Shown: positions 1 to 9,212 of the stretch, piece by piece | Layout of the letters: each line of letters opens with the position of its first letter | Numbering within the stretch: the stretch's first letter is position 1 | Sequence record: MF327004 | From: Shigella phage Sf17 | Strand: one strand, 5' to 3' | DNA: 64,000 nt | Translations under genes and position numbers: made by a program | Notes under the pieces: generated by a model | Told to the model about the DNA's origin: nothing | Seen by the model: the letters and a program-made list of their open reading frames with translations, nothing else | Databases searched by the model: none

Positions 1-21
1 TAAAAAACTTAGAAAATTCCC

Positions 22-50
22 TTGACGAAATCATCACAAATCTATAAAGT
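22..50 (+). promoter_or_regulatory. putative sigma70-like promoter
   Basis: TTGACG at 22-27 and TATAAA-like hexamer about 15-16 bp downstream, upstream of first early ORF. Confidence 0.3.
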
Positions 51-56
51 ACTTAT

Positions 57-112
57 CAACGGGGAGGGAGACTTCCCCACTAAAACAAAATTCCTAAACT
101 GGAGAATCTAGA
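57..112 (+). promoter_or_regulatory. conserved early-gene leader cassette (hairpin GGGGAGGGAGACTTCCCC plus cctaaactGGAGA ribosome-binding region)
   Basis: Near-identical copy at 386-441 and related copy at 655-690, each ending 7-9 nt before an ATG. Confidence 0.5.
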
Positions 113-376
113 ATGAATAATCAAGAAATCACTATCCTGTTACAAATCGGTACTGACAAAGAAGATATCCAACTTTGCAAACGTATTGAAAGTGATTGGT
201 TCAACGGTGAAATCATCGCAGAATCTTATGAAGTAGTTGGATTTATGAATGGTGCAATTGTAAGCCATTTCGGTTTAACTAAATCTGAAGCCGTTGCAAA
301 GTATGACGTTTTATCTTGTGAGATTCTTACAAAATACAATGAAAAAAGACTTGCAACTTATGCAGCAATGAATTAA
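113..376 (+). CDS. hypothetical early protein (87 aa)
   Basis: ORF with GGAGA ribosome-binding site 7 nt upstream inside conserved leader cassette. Confidence 0.5.
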   Translation: MNNQEITILLQIGTDKEDIQLCKRIESDWFNGEIIAESYEVVGFMNGAIVSHFGLTKSEAVAKYDVLSCEILTKYNEKRLATYAAMN

Positions 377-441
377 TATTACTTTCAACGGGGAGGGAGA
401 CTTCCCCACTAACCTAAATTCCTAAACTGGAGACTAGAAAG

Positions 442-618
442 ATGAATTTTGAACAGCGTATGATTAGTAAATTTGGTGCTAAACGTTGGGAAGAGATGAA
501 AAAAGAGCACGAAGAAAGAAAAAATGAAGAAACGGTAGTTATCACTGGTGTAGACTTACTAAATCACTCAGTTACTAACTATATCTTATCTGGTAACTCT
601 TATAAGAAAGTTATCTAA
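442..618 (+). CDS. hypothetical small protein (58 aa, below ORF-track cutoff)
   Basis: ATG at 442 preceded by second copy of conserved hairpin and GGAGA cassette; open to TAA at 616-618. Confidence 0.4.
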   Translation: MNFEQRMISKFGAKRWEEMKKEHEERKNEETVVITGVDLLNHSVTNYILSGNSYKKVI

Positions 619-624
619 TAAGTG

Positions 625-653
625 TTGACAAGGGGTGTAAAAGCCCCTACTAT
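625..653 (+). promoter_or_regulatory. putative sigma70-like promoter overlapping hairpin AGGGGTGTAAAAGCCCCT
   Basis: TTGACA 625-630, 17-bp spacer, TACTAT 648-653; hairpin 631-648 lies in the spacer. Confidence 0.4.
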
Positions 654-690
654 TTAGAACCTAAACAATCCTAAACTGGAGAATCTGAAA

Positions 691-942
691 ATGGCTACTA
701 TCCACGCAACTGTTAACAATTTTGGCTTCCATGTATTAGATGTTAAATTTGATATGGTTGGAACTGGCGATGTTTTTGGCATGGTTGATATGTGTCTAAA
801 AGCAACTATTCAGGACTACAATCAATCTGAGTGGTTCTGGAAAGAAGTAAAACAAGAAGTCTTAAAGGATGGCAAATCCTCTTACTATTGGGGTGATTCT
901 CTTATCACGCTTTACTATGAAGTTGACGGCTTCAATAACTAA
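691..942 (+). CDS. hypothetical early protein (83 aa)
   Basis: ORF preceded by cctaaactGGAGAatctgaaa leader. Confidence 0.5.
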   Translation: MATIHATVNNFGFHVLDVKFDMVGTGDVFGMVDMCLKATIQDYNQSEWFWKEVKQEVLKDGKSSYYWGDSLITLYYEVDGFNN

Positions 943-983
943 CAAGTCGCCGCAACGGGGCAAATAGCCCCAGACACCTTTAC

Positions 984-1007
984 AGCCCCTTAGATGGGGC
1001 TTTTTTA
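984..1007 (+). terminator. rho-independent terminator
   Basis: Hairpin GCCCC-ttagat-GGGGC followed by TTTTTT; a second hairpin GGGGCaaataGCCCC sits just upstream at 955-969. Confidence 0.6.
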
Positions 1008-1009
1008 CG

Positions 1010-2500
1010 TCTATAAAGATTCATATCAGACCTTCAGAGCAATAACTCTATAGCTTACTCTATATCCTCTTATCAAATCAACTTAAATATAAGCCCATAA
1101 CCCGAAAGGGAAGGGCAATCTCTAAAACGCTCTATAACGCTCTATACGGGCTTATCATCTCATCTTAAGCAATCATATTAACCTACTCTTAAAAGCCCTT
1201 TATAGAGCTTTCTAGAGCCTTAAAAGAATCTTATAAGGGTATAAGCTTATAAGCTGGATAGAATCTTGTGAATGGTTAAACAGGGGCTTGATAGTTACTT
1301 TAAAGTATGCTATGGAGTCTAAAAAGAGCTTAAAAGTAACGTAAAAGATGCTTAAAAGTAACGTAAAAGTTAGCCCCCTTTACATTCTCTTAACAAAATC
1401 TTAACAAATGCAACATAGTTATGCTTATTAGAGACTTGTTAGCCCCTTGTTAAATCCTTGTTAGAGGTATGTTAAGAGCTTGTTAGACTCTTTGAAGTCC
1501 CTGTATAAGCCCCTAGAAAGCCCTATAAAGAGCTATACAGGTAGTTGGGGTGTAGTTACTAGGGAGAATCTTAGAAGAGGCTATACAGAGCTACAGAGAG
1601 CTTTTAAGAGGGCTTTATAGAGAATCACTAAGAAGGGAAGGGAACTATAGACCAAGAGATAGTGACCATGTTAATAGCTTGTTAAAAAGGTTTAGAACTT
1701 GTTAGCACCTTGTTAATTATCTTAACAAAATAACTCTTAAGATTTAACTATTTAGCAACTTATAAGCAACTTGTTAGACCCTTGTTAGTAATGTTACAGA
1801 CTTGTTAAGCTCTTGTTAGTCCTGTTAAGAAACTGTTAAGAACTCTGAAGAGATGTTAAGAGCTTGTTAGAGTTGTTAAGAAATTGTTAATGATATTTTA
1901 AGATTTTGCAAAGGGGATGTTACAGGGCTGTTAAGGGCTACCAAGCAGATATACACCCTCTGTAGATATTTTTCAGATTCTCCAAAGACCCTAAAAAGTA
2001 ACCTACCTAGTCTATTTTATAAAAATTTTATAATTCTGAATAACTATCTATACACTATCTTATATAAAACAGGAATTAACAGGCTTATAAGAGACCTTGT
2101 TAGTACCGTGTTAGACCTTGTAGGATAAGCCTTAGAAGGGAATACCTGTTTAGTGTTATATAACAGTCTATATAGAGGCTTAGTAATACCTAGTGATTCT
2201 GCTATATAGGGTACTATCGTTTACCTAGAGATTAAGATGAGTATAGGGGCTTCTAAGGGGCTAGGAAGAGGTTAGGAAGGTGATTGTATAGGGTTGATTA
2301 ATGGTAGGCTTAGAAGGCTTTATAGAGGGCTATATAGAGAGCACTATTTAGGGACTAAGAGGTTATATAGATACTATATAATACTATATAGAGATGATGC
2401 TTAGAGAGGGTGTTTAGAAGGGTATAGATATTTTATCACATATCATGGTGACCCAAGATGAACGGAGTGAATCCCAAATTTTATAAAAATTATAAATTTC
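1010..2500. repeat. non-coding repeat-rich region: phased TTGTTA(A/G) repeats and CTATANAG-type repeats
   Basis: No ORF of 60 aa or more; more than 15 copies of (c)TTGTTA(a/g) at roughly 10-12 bp spacing between 1430-1900; many ctatacag/ctataaag/ctatatag units at 1060-1260 and 2140-2400. Confidence 0.7.
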
Positions 2501-2545
2501 GTAAATTTACTCAATAAAAAGCCCCAATTAAGGGGCTGTATAGTC

Positions 2546-3217
2546 TTACATCAATTCACTAAGCATGGCTTGCAATGAAGTTTTAGAAGTCTGGAAGAAG
2601 TGTGTGAACCCACTATGACGTTCTCTTACCTGAATCATTATCTGGTCACCCTTAATCGGGTGTGAACTAATATGGTATTCATTCATGTTCAGTACAACAC
2701 CCAAACCATCTATAATGTGTCTGAGTATGTCATATTCAACAAATTCTTCTTTACCTGTGACCTTGATACAAACACCTTTGTTGGTTCTCTTAGGGTTTAT
2801 ATCTTCCATAACCAGCATTTGTTGTCCACCAAGAGAAATCATAGAGAACTCTTTACGGTTCTGCTGCTTAACATACATCTCAAGTTTCTTCAAAGTATCT
2901 TCAAAGAACGGATAAGATTTCTTGACAAAGATACCTTCAAGTGGCTCTTTACCTGAATCTTCTCGTTCCATCTTAAGTCGATTAACAAGTAAGTCTAAAG
3001 ACCACTTCTCACTTTCGTCAAGATGTGTGTTGATATCATCTAGGCTAAGTACCAGATACTTTCTTTCAAGTTCAAACTTTTTCATCTCTATCAAATCCTT
3101 AAAACATTTCTTAGTAATTGCTTCCCATTCTTCGGAGTTCTTTCTCTTCCTCTTCAGATGGGGAACCATATCTGTTAAGTTCTTCCAACTCTTCTTCAGT
3201 AGGTGTCCCATAATCAC
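2546..3217 (-). CDS. hypothetical protein (223 aa)
   Basis: Long ORF in a co-directional minus-strand gene block. Confidence 0.5.
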   Translation of the reverse strand: MIMGHLLKKSWKNLTDMVPHLKRKRKNSEEWEAITKKCFKDLIEMKKFELERKYLVLSLDDINTHLDESEKWSLDLLVNRLKMEREDSGKEPLEGIFVKKSYPFFEDTLKKLEMYVKQQNRKEFSMISLGGQQMLVMEDINPKRTNKGVCIKVTGKEEFVEYDILRHIIDGLGVVLNMNEYHISSHPIKGDQIMIQVRERHSGFTHFFQTSKTSLQAMLSELM

Positions 3218-3693
3218 ACTTTAATCTGATACTTTGAACGTTGGTAATCAACTGTGATATAACCATCATAACCTACCAACCATCTTCCACCACGACTGAA
3301 TACCGTGTCTAAATCTGCACTATTAATATCACCTTCAAAACCACAATCAGGAACTTCCCTCTCAATCTTGATAGTTGCTACTACCAAATCTGTATGAGTG
3401 TCTCTAATCATGTACACAGTGTTTGTTTTAATGGCACTTTCATGCTCTTGTTCACGTAAGTCATATGGTGCTAACAAGTCTTTATCGGCTTGTAAGTGAG
3501 ATTCTGAAAAAGCTGCATGAACCATGTAAGCTTCTGAACACTCCCAGATAAAGCTATGAAGAAGAACCTTTGCAGCATGTCTTGAACAACCAAATTCTGC
3601 AACGATATCTTTGTACATATCATCTTTAGTTCCGTTGTTAAGCAAAGCTTTACGCACTATATCTTTAACATTCTTCATCTTTCCAATCCTCAT
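3214..3693 (-). CDS. hypothetical protein (start trimmed from 3729 to limit overlap with upstream gene)
   Basis: ORF 3214-3729; internal ATGs at 3693 and 3678 each follow a GAG-rich ribosome-binding site. Confidence 0.4.
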   Translation of the reverse strand: MRIGKMKNVKDIVRKALLNNGTKDDMYKDIVAEFGCSRHAAKVLLHSFIWECSEAYMVHAAFSESHLQADKDLLAPYDLREQEHESAIKTNTVYMIRDTHTDLVVATIKIEREVPDCGFEGDINSADLDTVFSRGGRWLVGYDGYITVDYQRSKYQIKV

Positions 3694-3961
3694 CTCTCTC
3701 AATTTGAAACTCGTCAGGTAACTCTGCAATAGCTTTCAAGTAATAAGCTTCTTGAATATTGCAAAGTTCTTCATAACCACCATTCATAAGCCAGTTGTAA
3801 CCAGCAGGTACACCATTATCATCGCAGAACCCTGTGTAGAACATTGCTTTATGAATCATGTTAAGTGGCTTGTAAGCAACTTCAACGATGTAGAAAGTGT
3901 TATCTTTCCAACCACCCTTTGGAGGATGGATACCTTTAACACCTCTGGATTGTGGAGTCAT
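3665..3961 (-). CDS. hypothetical protein (98 aa)
   Basis: ORF in minus-strand block. Confidence 0.5.
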   Translation of the reverse strand: MTPQSRGVKGIHPPKGGWKDNTFYIVEVAYKPLNMIHKAMFYTGFCDDNGVPAGYNWLMNGGYEELCNIQEAYYLKAIAELPDEFQIERDEDWKDEEC

Positions 3962-3977
3962 AGATTTTCCTCTAAAC

Positions 3978-4000
3978 AGGGGCTTTTACACCCCTTGACA
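3978..4000 (-). promoter_or_regulatory. intergenic hairpin AGGGGTGTAAAAGCCCCT (minus-strand copy of the element at 631-648)
   Basis: Reverse complement of 3978-3995 matches the hairpin at 631-648; lies between two minus-strand genes. Confidence 0.4.
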
Positions 4001-4002
4001 GA

Positions 4003-4212
4003 TTACTCTTCAACAGATTCTTTATCTTTCTTTGAAGAAGCCTTTTTCTCTTTCTTCTTAGGCTCAGTTGCTGCAATAGCAATGTCAACAAGCTGTGCTA
4101 AGTCAGACTTAATCACTGTTACTGGTTGTTCGTTGTAGAAACCTTTCTCAAGGTACTCTTTGAACTCTTCCAGAGTGTTAAAGCCAAAAGGCTTGACAGG
4201 TGTTCTAATCAT
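4003..4212 (-). CDS. hypothetical protein (69 aa, Lys/Glu-rich C-terminus)
   Basis: ORF in minus-strand block. Confidence 0.45.
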   Translation of the reverse strand: MIRTPVKPFGFNTLEEFKEYLEKGFYNEQPVTVIKSDLAQLVDIAIAATEPKKKEKKASSKKDKESVEE

Positions 4213-4282
4213 TTACCCTCCGAGATATCTTTTAAGATTTTCTGGTTAATCATTTCCGCAATAGCATAGCGGATACAAATTA

Positions 4283-4789
4283 CTAAAATTTTAGGTTGCA
4301 TTCTTTACTTACCTCTTCAAACTTACTCTCAAACTCTACAATCTTCTTCTTGTAAGTCGTCATTCTCAAACATGATAGGATGATACCAACTATTGGAATC
4401 ACATACAAGAACCAAATCTCAGAAATTTTCTTCTCAGCTTGGTTAAACGTCAAATCTTGCATGTACACACTTCCAAAAGAGATGATACAAATCATAGCAA
4501 GAACTACAGATAACATAATTGCTATCCCTGCCCATCCTCTGGTGTTATACTCAGCATTTCTACGCTTATTTTCCAGATTGATAAGTTCGTTATAGTCGGC
4601 TGAGAAGTCTCTGTAGAAAGCTTTCAAATACTCTCTGCTGTAACCTTCAAAGCATCCTGTACCAAACCAATTTTCACCTCCGAAGTGTGAAATAGTCCCT
4701 TTATCACCGTTTGCTTTCACAATCTTGAAAGATACATGGTGCTTAGATTGCTCATAAGAAATCTGGTCTCTTGAATCTTCGTAAATCAT
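4283..4789 (-). CDS. putative membrane protein (two predicted transmembrane helices in C-terminal half)
   Basis: Hydrophobic stretches GWAGIAIMLSVVLAMICIISFG and IWFLYVIPIVGIILSCL. Confidence 0.5.
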   Translation of the reverse strand: MIYEDSRDQISYEQSKHHVSFKIVKANGDKGTISHFGGENWFGTGCFEGYSREYLKAFYRDFSADYNELINLENKRRNAEYNTRGWAGIAIMLSVVLAMICIISFGSVYMQDLTFNQAEKKISEIWFLYVIPIVGIILSCLRMTTYKKKIVEFESKFEEVSKECNLKF

Positions 4790-5004
4790 TGTTCAATCCT
4801 CTTTAATCGTGCATTCCACTCTCTGTCAATCATTCTCTGGAATGTCTTACCTCTGGGAGTAACGTTCTTAAGTGATTCTTCAGTACATACTAAGATATCA
4901 CCTCTGGCAATTTTGCCATAACACTGTTTAGTCTTCTTAGCTCGTCTGTACTGCTCAGAAACAGAGAGCTTCCAGTATTCACCTAAAGTTGTAAACTTTT
5001 TCAT
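4786..5004 (-). CDS. hypothetical basic protein (72 aa)
   Basis: ORF with 4-nt overlap to neighbours. Confidence 0.45.
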   Translation of the reverse strand: MKKFTTLGEYWKLSVSEQYRRAKKTKQCYGKIARGDILVCTEESLKNVTPRGKTFQRMIDREWNARLKRIEQ

Positions 5005-5741
5005 TCTTTCACCATTGCGTTGTAGAATTGCCTTTGAATCTCTTCAGCAATCTGATAAGGTGTGAAACCAGCTTTTAACATCATTCTTACTGTGTACTCA
5101 ATGTCATTCTTATTAACCACATGGTCTGTGACACTGATTGCTTCTTTTAACTCTTCCACATTCTTTTTAGCATCTTCACAAGCGCTGGTCAACATGGAGT
5201 TAAATTTCTTTTGTGGTGTAGTCCAAGCATGACTATGTGGATTTGCATCACAGAAATACTTGAAGTAATCTCTGACGTTATCTACAACCAGAGTTTGATG
5301 ACCATCTTCTTTAGTTTGGTATCGAGACTCTTGCTCAGGTACATCTGCAAGTCTGTGTGTAGGAGCCTCTATAGTAACATCAATCGTTCTAACCTTTGGA
5401 GTTGCCTCTTTCTTCAGAGTCGGAGTTGCCTCAAAAGTTGCCTTTTCAGTTTCTTCTTCATCCCCTACCACAGTATCTTGTAAAGAAATACCCAGAATCT
5501 TTCTGAAGCTTCCTGTGAAGGTTAAGTTTTCAATATCAGTGGTCGAATAGACTTTACCAGCCCATAAGTGTGCTTCTGGACCAAGTGATGTTGCTGGATA
5601 AATCTTGAAATGTAATGTCTTCATAGGTCGGAAGTACACAACCCCGCTATCAGACACATACGTAACAAATGCCTTAGTTCTTTGGGCTGGTGAAGCCTTT
5701 ACATAAATGTAAATTGTGTCTGTCTCTTTAACTTTAACCAT
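5001..5741 (-). CDS. hypothetical protein (246 aa)
   Basis: ORF; GGAGAG ribosome-binding site upstream; minus-strand TTGACA promoter-like sequence at about 5775-5805. Confidence 0.5.
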   Translation of the reverse strand: MVKVKETDTIYIYVKASPAQRTKAFVTYVSDSGVVYFRPMKTLHFKIYPATSLGPEAHLWAGKVYSTTDIENLTFTGSFRKILGISLQDTVVGDEEETEKATFEATPTLKKEATPKVRTIDVTIEAPTHRLADVPEQESRYQTKEDGHQTLVVDNVRDYFKYFCDANPHSHAWTTPQKKFNSMLTSACEDAKKNVEELKEAISVTDHVVNKNDIEYTVRMMLKAGFTPYQIAEEIQRQFYNAMVKE

Positions 5742-5811
5742 TTTATCTCTCCAATAAAAAAGGGAACCACCTTTCGATAGCTCCCATCATACAAAATTCT
5801 AGATATTACTG

Positions 5812-6405
5812 TCAAGTATATTTTCTAGGCAGTAATTTACTTTTTCTGCTTCGAACATCTTCAAGGATAGCTATGAAGTCATCAGAAGCACCCTTCCAAG
5901 GGCTGAAGTTTGGGATATGTTGGCGAATAGCTTCAATAATCGTCTTCATACCTGTGTTCTTCATCCACCAATCTGAGCTTGAGGCAGTCATAACAAAGAA
6001 CTGCTCATCATCGGTTAAGATGACCTCTTTAGTGAATGGGGAGGTGTACGTGGTGATAACTGAACCACCATTCATGTAATATGTACGCTTGTGGACTTTA
6101 TCAAGCATATCATGTAGGTCACCAAACAGTTTCACAACCTCTTGGTGGTTAATGTCTTTCTCAAGGTCTAAACGGTACTTCAGAAGTGCTTCATCAACTT
6201 CTTTAGATGAGAACTTAAAGTACTGTACATCTTCAATGATACATGCAGAGATGTTGTTCACATCCATAGTCAATTTGACAACTTTTGCTGGTGAGTTAAT
6301 GTTTGGCTGGAACGCAGCAAGCACACCCTGAACATTACCGTAGTGTTGGACTAATGCAACTTGTGGAGAATCAACTCCACCCTTTTCTTTAATGTGTACA
6401 CTCAT
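5812..6405 (-). CDS. hypothetical protein (197 aa)
   Basis: ORF in minus-strand block. Confidence 0.5.
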   Translation of the reverse strand: MSVHIKEKGGVDSPQVALVQHYGNVQGVLAAFQPNINSPAKVVKLTMDVNNISACIIEDVQYFKFSSKEVDEALLKYRLDLEKDINHQEVVKLFGDLHDMLDKVHKRTYYMNGGSVITTYTSPFTKEVILTDDEQFFVMTASSSDWWMKNTGMKTIIEAIRQHIPNFSPWKGASDDFIAILEDVRSRKSKLLPRKYT

Positions 6406-6406
6406 A

Positions 6407-6757
6407 CTATAACTTCCTCACTAAATACTTTTTAAGTGGTGTCTTTGGTTTTTCAAAGACCTCAATAGAATCTATTTTGATGCCCTCACCACGCATACCT
6501 GTGGATTGGTAGATGTAGAACTCAAGCATCCCTATATTTTTAGCTGGCATATCATGCTTAACAAAGATGGTCACTGACTCTTCACTTTTAAAGATTACTG
6601 TACCATCTTTATACACAAGCTTATCAGGTTGTTTATAGTCAAGCATATCAAACATCAGAAATAGTCTTTGCTGACATTTGTCCAGCCTTGTTGACAGGGC
6701 TTCTTGTATATCTGCAAAATTCTTATAAACAACGATGTGGAGCTTAAGCATCTGCAT
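6407..6757 (-). CDS. hypothetical protein (start trimmed from 6844)
   Basis: ORF 6407-6844 overlaps upstream gene by 100 nt; internal ATG at 6757 removes most of the overlap. Confidence 0.4.
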   Translation of the reverse strand: MQMLKLHIVVYKNFADIQEALSTRLDKCQQRLFLMFDMLDYKQPDKLVYKDGTVIFKSEESVTIFVKHDMPAKNIGMLEFYIYQSTGMRGEGIKIDSIEVFEKPKTPLKKYLVRKL

Positions 6758-7037
6758 ATTCTCTGACGAAGAAGTAGTTGATTTTGTTATCAGATACCAG
6801 AAGGTCATAGCAAGTAATTTCGAACTTACTCTTTTCAGCATCATAGCTTGTGTATGGCTCGGAAACTTGCTTTGTTGACACTTTTGGGTTATTAGGGTTT
6901 AAAAGGCCACCATAAAGTTTCTTAATGGCCTTTGTCACCACACTCCAGATAACATCATCAGTGAGTTCTTCGTACAGGTCAAACTCAGCTTCATAGCTGA
7001 AGTCATTAATTGGAAAGATAACCTGTACTTTACTCAT
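6744..7037 (-). CDS. hypothetical protein (97 aa)
   Basis: ORF in minus-strand block. Confidence 0.45.
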   Translation of the reverse strand: MSKVQVIFPINDFSYEAEFDLYEELTDDVIWSVVTKAIKKLYGGLLNPNNPKVSTKQVSEPYTSYDAEKSKFEITCYDLLVSDNKINYFFVREYADA

Positions 7038-7038
7038 A

Positions 7039-7419
7039 TCAAACTACCTGTGTAACTTGCAACGCTTCTGTTACGGAGATATCACCGACTTTTTCTTCTT
7101 TGATGAAGGTGAAAGTTAGAAGGGTTGGTTCTGAAACCTCATCTTCCAAAGGTACACCATTCAGTTCATCAAAGATAGCCTGTGTAGTCCAATCTTCCTG
7201 ACCGTCTGGGTAGTGGTAAGCATATTTGTGAAAATTCAGGTCAAACCATCCAAAAATTGGACAACCATCTGCATCATCACCACGGTATGATAGTATGCTA
7301 CCTGACTCAAACTGCAATTTCAGTCTTCCATTGTCTTGGAAAATAATTGCTTTTGCAAAATCACCAGACTCATCTAAATCGTGACCGGATGTGTCAACCA
7401 ATACATCAATCTTATTCAT
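7039..7419 (-). CDS. hypothetical protein (start trimmed from 7518)
   Basis: ORF overlaps upstream gene by 107 nt; internal ATG at 7419. Confidence 0.4.
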   Translation of the reverse strand: MNKIDVLVDTSGHDLDESGDFAKAIIFQDNGRLKLQFESGSILSYRGDDADGCPIFGWFDLNFHKYAYHYPDGQEDWTTQAIFDELNGVPLEDEVSEPTLLTFTFIKEEKVGDISVTEALQVTQVV

Positions 7420-7822
7420 AATAACCTCTCTCAGCTTTCTCAATTTTATCCAGAAGTTTGATACACTCATTGTTATGGTATGTAGCCTCACTCTGGTGTA
7501 ACTTCTTCTTCTGCTCAAGTAGAAATTTATAGTAACCTGATAACTGCTCTCTTGTCAAGGGGTGTTCTGAAATAATATCAAGAGAACTTTCACCTAAAGG
7601 TGAGAACATACCATTGTCATCCACGTTGTACAGTTCACCAGCAAAGAAGCCTTTGTTAGCCATTGTGATAGGTGAGCGTTCAATGACCTCAACAACAAAC
7701 TTTGTGAACACCTTGTCACCCATAGTAATCAACTTGGTTCCTGCAATACGAACCTTCATACCACTTCTTGTGTACTTGAAAGTACCATTATCATTCGCCC
7801 AAAGCTTCATAGTTTTCTCCAT
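7412..7822 (-). CDS. hypothetical protein (136 aa)
   Basis: ORF immediately downstream of endolysin. Confidence 0.5.
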   Translation of the reverse strand: MEKTMKLWANDNGTFKYTRSGMKVRIAGTKLITMGDKVFTKFVVEVIERSPITMANKGFFAGELYNVDDNGMFSPLGESSLDIISEHPLTREQLSGYYKFLLEQKKKLHQSEATYHNNECIKLLDKIEKAERGYYE

Positions 7823-7824
7823 AG

Positions 7825-7851
7825 AAATAAAAAAGGCTCCCGAAGGAGCCT
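7825..7851 (-). terminator. rho-independent terminator (minus strand)
   Basis: Minus strand reads AGGCTCC-ttcg-GGAGCCT followed by TTTTTATTT, directly after the endolysin stop. Confidence 0.55.
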
Positions 7852-7860
7852 CTTAATCTA

Positions 7861-8331
7861 CTATTTTGGATAAACAGCGTCAAGGTAAATCTTGGCTTCC
7901 AAACTACGTCTATTTTGTAGACCCTTGGAAGTTACTTTTTGACCATTCACTGTAATCTTGTTCCACCACTGCATAGCTTCTGCACAACCAGCTTTGTTAC
8001 CAGCATTGTGACGCTTGATAAAAGTTGAATCCTGCATAGCACCGATGCCAATGTTGTAAGTCTCTACAACAAGTGCGTCAAATTCGTTCTGCGTAGTTGG
8101 AACCTTAATTGCTCTGTTTACTGCACCTACATAGTTCTCAACATCTGCAAGGAGATATTGTTCAGCTTGCTCGGCAGTAATCTTCATCCCCATCGTAACA
8201 GGTCTTCCGTTGATACGAATTGTACCATAACCAATTGTAGGGATTCCAGCAGAGTCTTTATAGGCTTCTAAACGAAGCCCTTCAAAGAACTTAATGGCTT
8301 CTAAGCCTTTACTTGAGAGTTGCATTATCAA
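7861..8331 (-). CDS. endolysin, T4-lysozyme-like (glycoside hydrolase family 24)
   Basis: N-terminal motif FEGLRLEAYKDSAGIPTIGYGT matches the Glu-Asp-Thr catalytic spacing of T4 lysozyme. Confidence 0.85.
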   Translation of the reverse strand: MIMQLSSKGLEAIKFFEGLRLEAYKDSAGIPTIGYGTIRINGRPVTMGMKITAEQAEQYLLADVENYVGAVNRAIKVPTTQNEFDALVVETYNIGIGAMQDSTFIKRHNAGNKAGCAEAMQWWNKITVNGQKVTSKGLQNRRSLEAKIYLDAVYPK

Positions 8332-9212
8332 CCTCCTACTGCGTTAATAACCACCTTGGCAGATTGGGATGTGATTGAGCCACCTACACCAGTTACAACA
8401 CAAGAGTAAGTACCTTCATCATCAGCTTTAGAAGTCGGTGTCTTTTCATATGTTGCAGATGTTGCTGAAGGGATATCTACATCATCTTTCTTCCACTGAT
8501 AACCAGTTGCACCAGTGGCTACGATGCTAAGGGTGAGTGTATCTCCCTCTGTAATCTCTTGGTTAGTAGGTTGCTGTGTAATCACAGGCAGTGCATTCAC
8601 AGTTACTGTGGCAGCGTTGGAATTAACACTTGAGCCACCTTCACCAGAAACTACACAGGTGTATGCGCCAGCATCAGTAGGGACTACGCCATTCTTAGTA
8701 TATGTTGCAGAGGTTGCTCCAGAGATGTTTGATGCACCTTTCTTCCACTGATAACCAGTTGCACCAGTAGCAACAACTGAAAGTGTAAGTGTTCCACCCT
8801 CGTTAACAGTTTGGTCAGTTGGCTGCTGTGTAATAACTGGAGGTGTGATTGCATCCTTCAACTTTGCATTAAGCATGGAGAAAGGTTTAACCCTTGCCAA
8901 CCATTCACAATAAACTGTGTCAACATCCTTCCCATTGATGATTGCATACTGCAAGTCCATGAAGAAGTCAGCAGTCCTCATCTGAGCACCAACTGAATAT
9001 AAAAGTTCTTCACTAAATGGAACTGTGTAGTCTGGTGTGTAATTGAAGTCAGTAACTTCTGGAATATCAGACTCAGGCCACGGTGAGCTATATGTCAGAG
9101 GCAGAACGGCCTCTTGATACTTTCTGAAGTCGTATCTTTTGCCAGCTTTAACATTCGCTACAAAGTCTTTAACGAACTCTTTAAAATCTGGATATGTCTT
9201 TGCTTTAATCAT
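8328..9212 (-). CDS. hypothetical protein with N-terminal domain paralogous to adjacent gene and two tandem Ig-like C-terminal repeats
   Basis: Two ~90-aa repeats (PVITQQPT.Q...TLTLS.VATGATGYQWKK...Y.CVV.G.GGS) also seen as DNA repeats; N-terminal 120 aa aligns to ORF 9209-9577. Confidence 0.55.
   Translation of the reverse strand: MIKAKTYPDFKEFVKDFVANVKAGKRYDFRKYQEAVLPLTYSSPWPESDIPEVTDFNYTPDYTVPFSEELLYSVGAQMRTADFFMDLQYAIINGKDVDTVYCEWLARVKPFSMLNAKLKDAITPPVITQQPTDQTVNEGGTLTLSVVATGATGYQWKKGASNISGATSATYTKNGVVPTDAGAYTCVVSGEGGSSVNSNAATVTVNALPVITQQPTNQEITEGDTLTLSIVATGATGYQWKKDDVDIPSATSATYEKTPTSKADDEGTYSCVVTGVGGSITSQSAKVVINAVGG
8350..8880 (-). repeat. intragenic tandem duplication (~270 bp x 2) encoding Ig-like domains
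   Basis: Exact repeat ttcttccactgataaccagttgcaccagt occurs twice with similar flanks. Confidence 0.6.

Noticed and set aside
1010-2500. CRISPR array
   Set aside because: Repeats are 6-8 bp, irregular in sequence and spacing, with no uniform spacers and no cas genes
2672-3224. Plus-strand ORFs 2672-2956, 2685-2915 and 2922-3224
   Set aside because: All are antisense to the longer minus-strand ORF 2546-3217, in a block where every supported gene is on the minus strand
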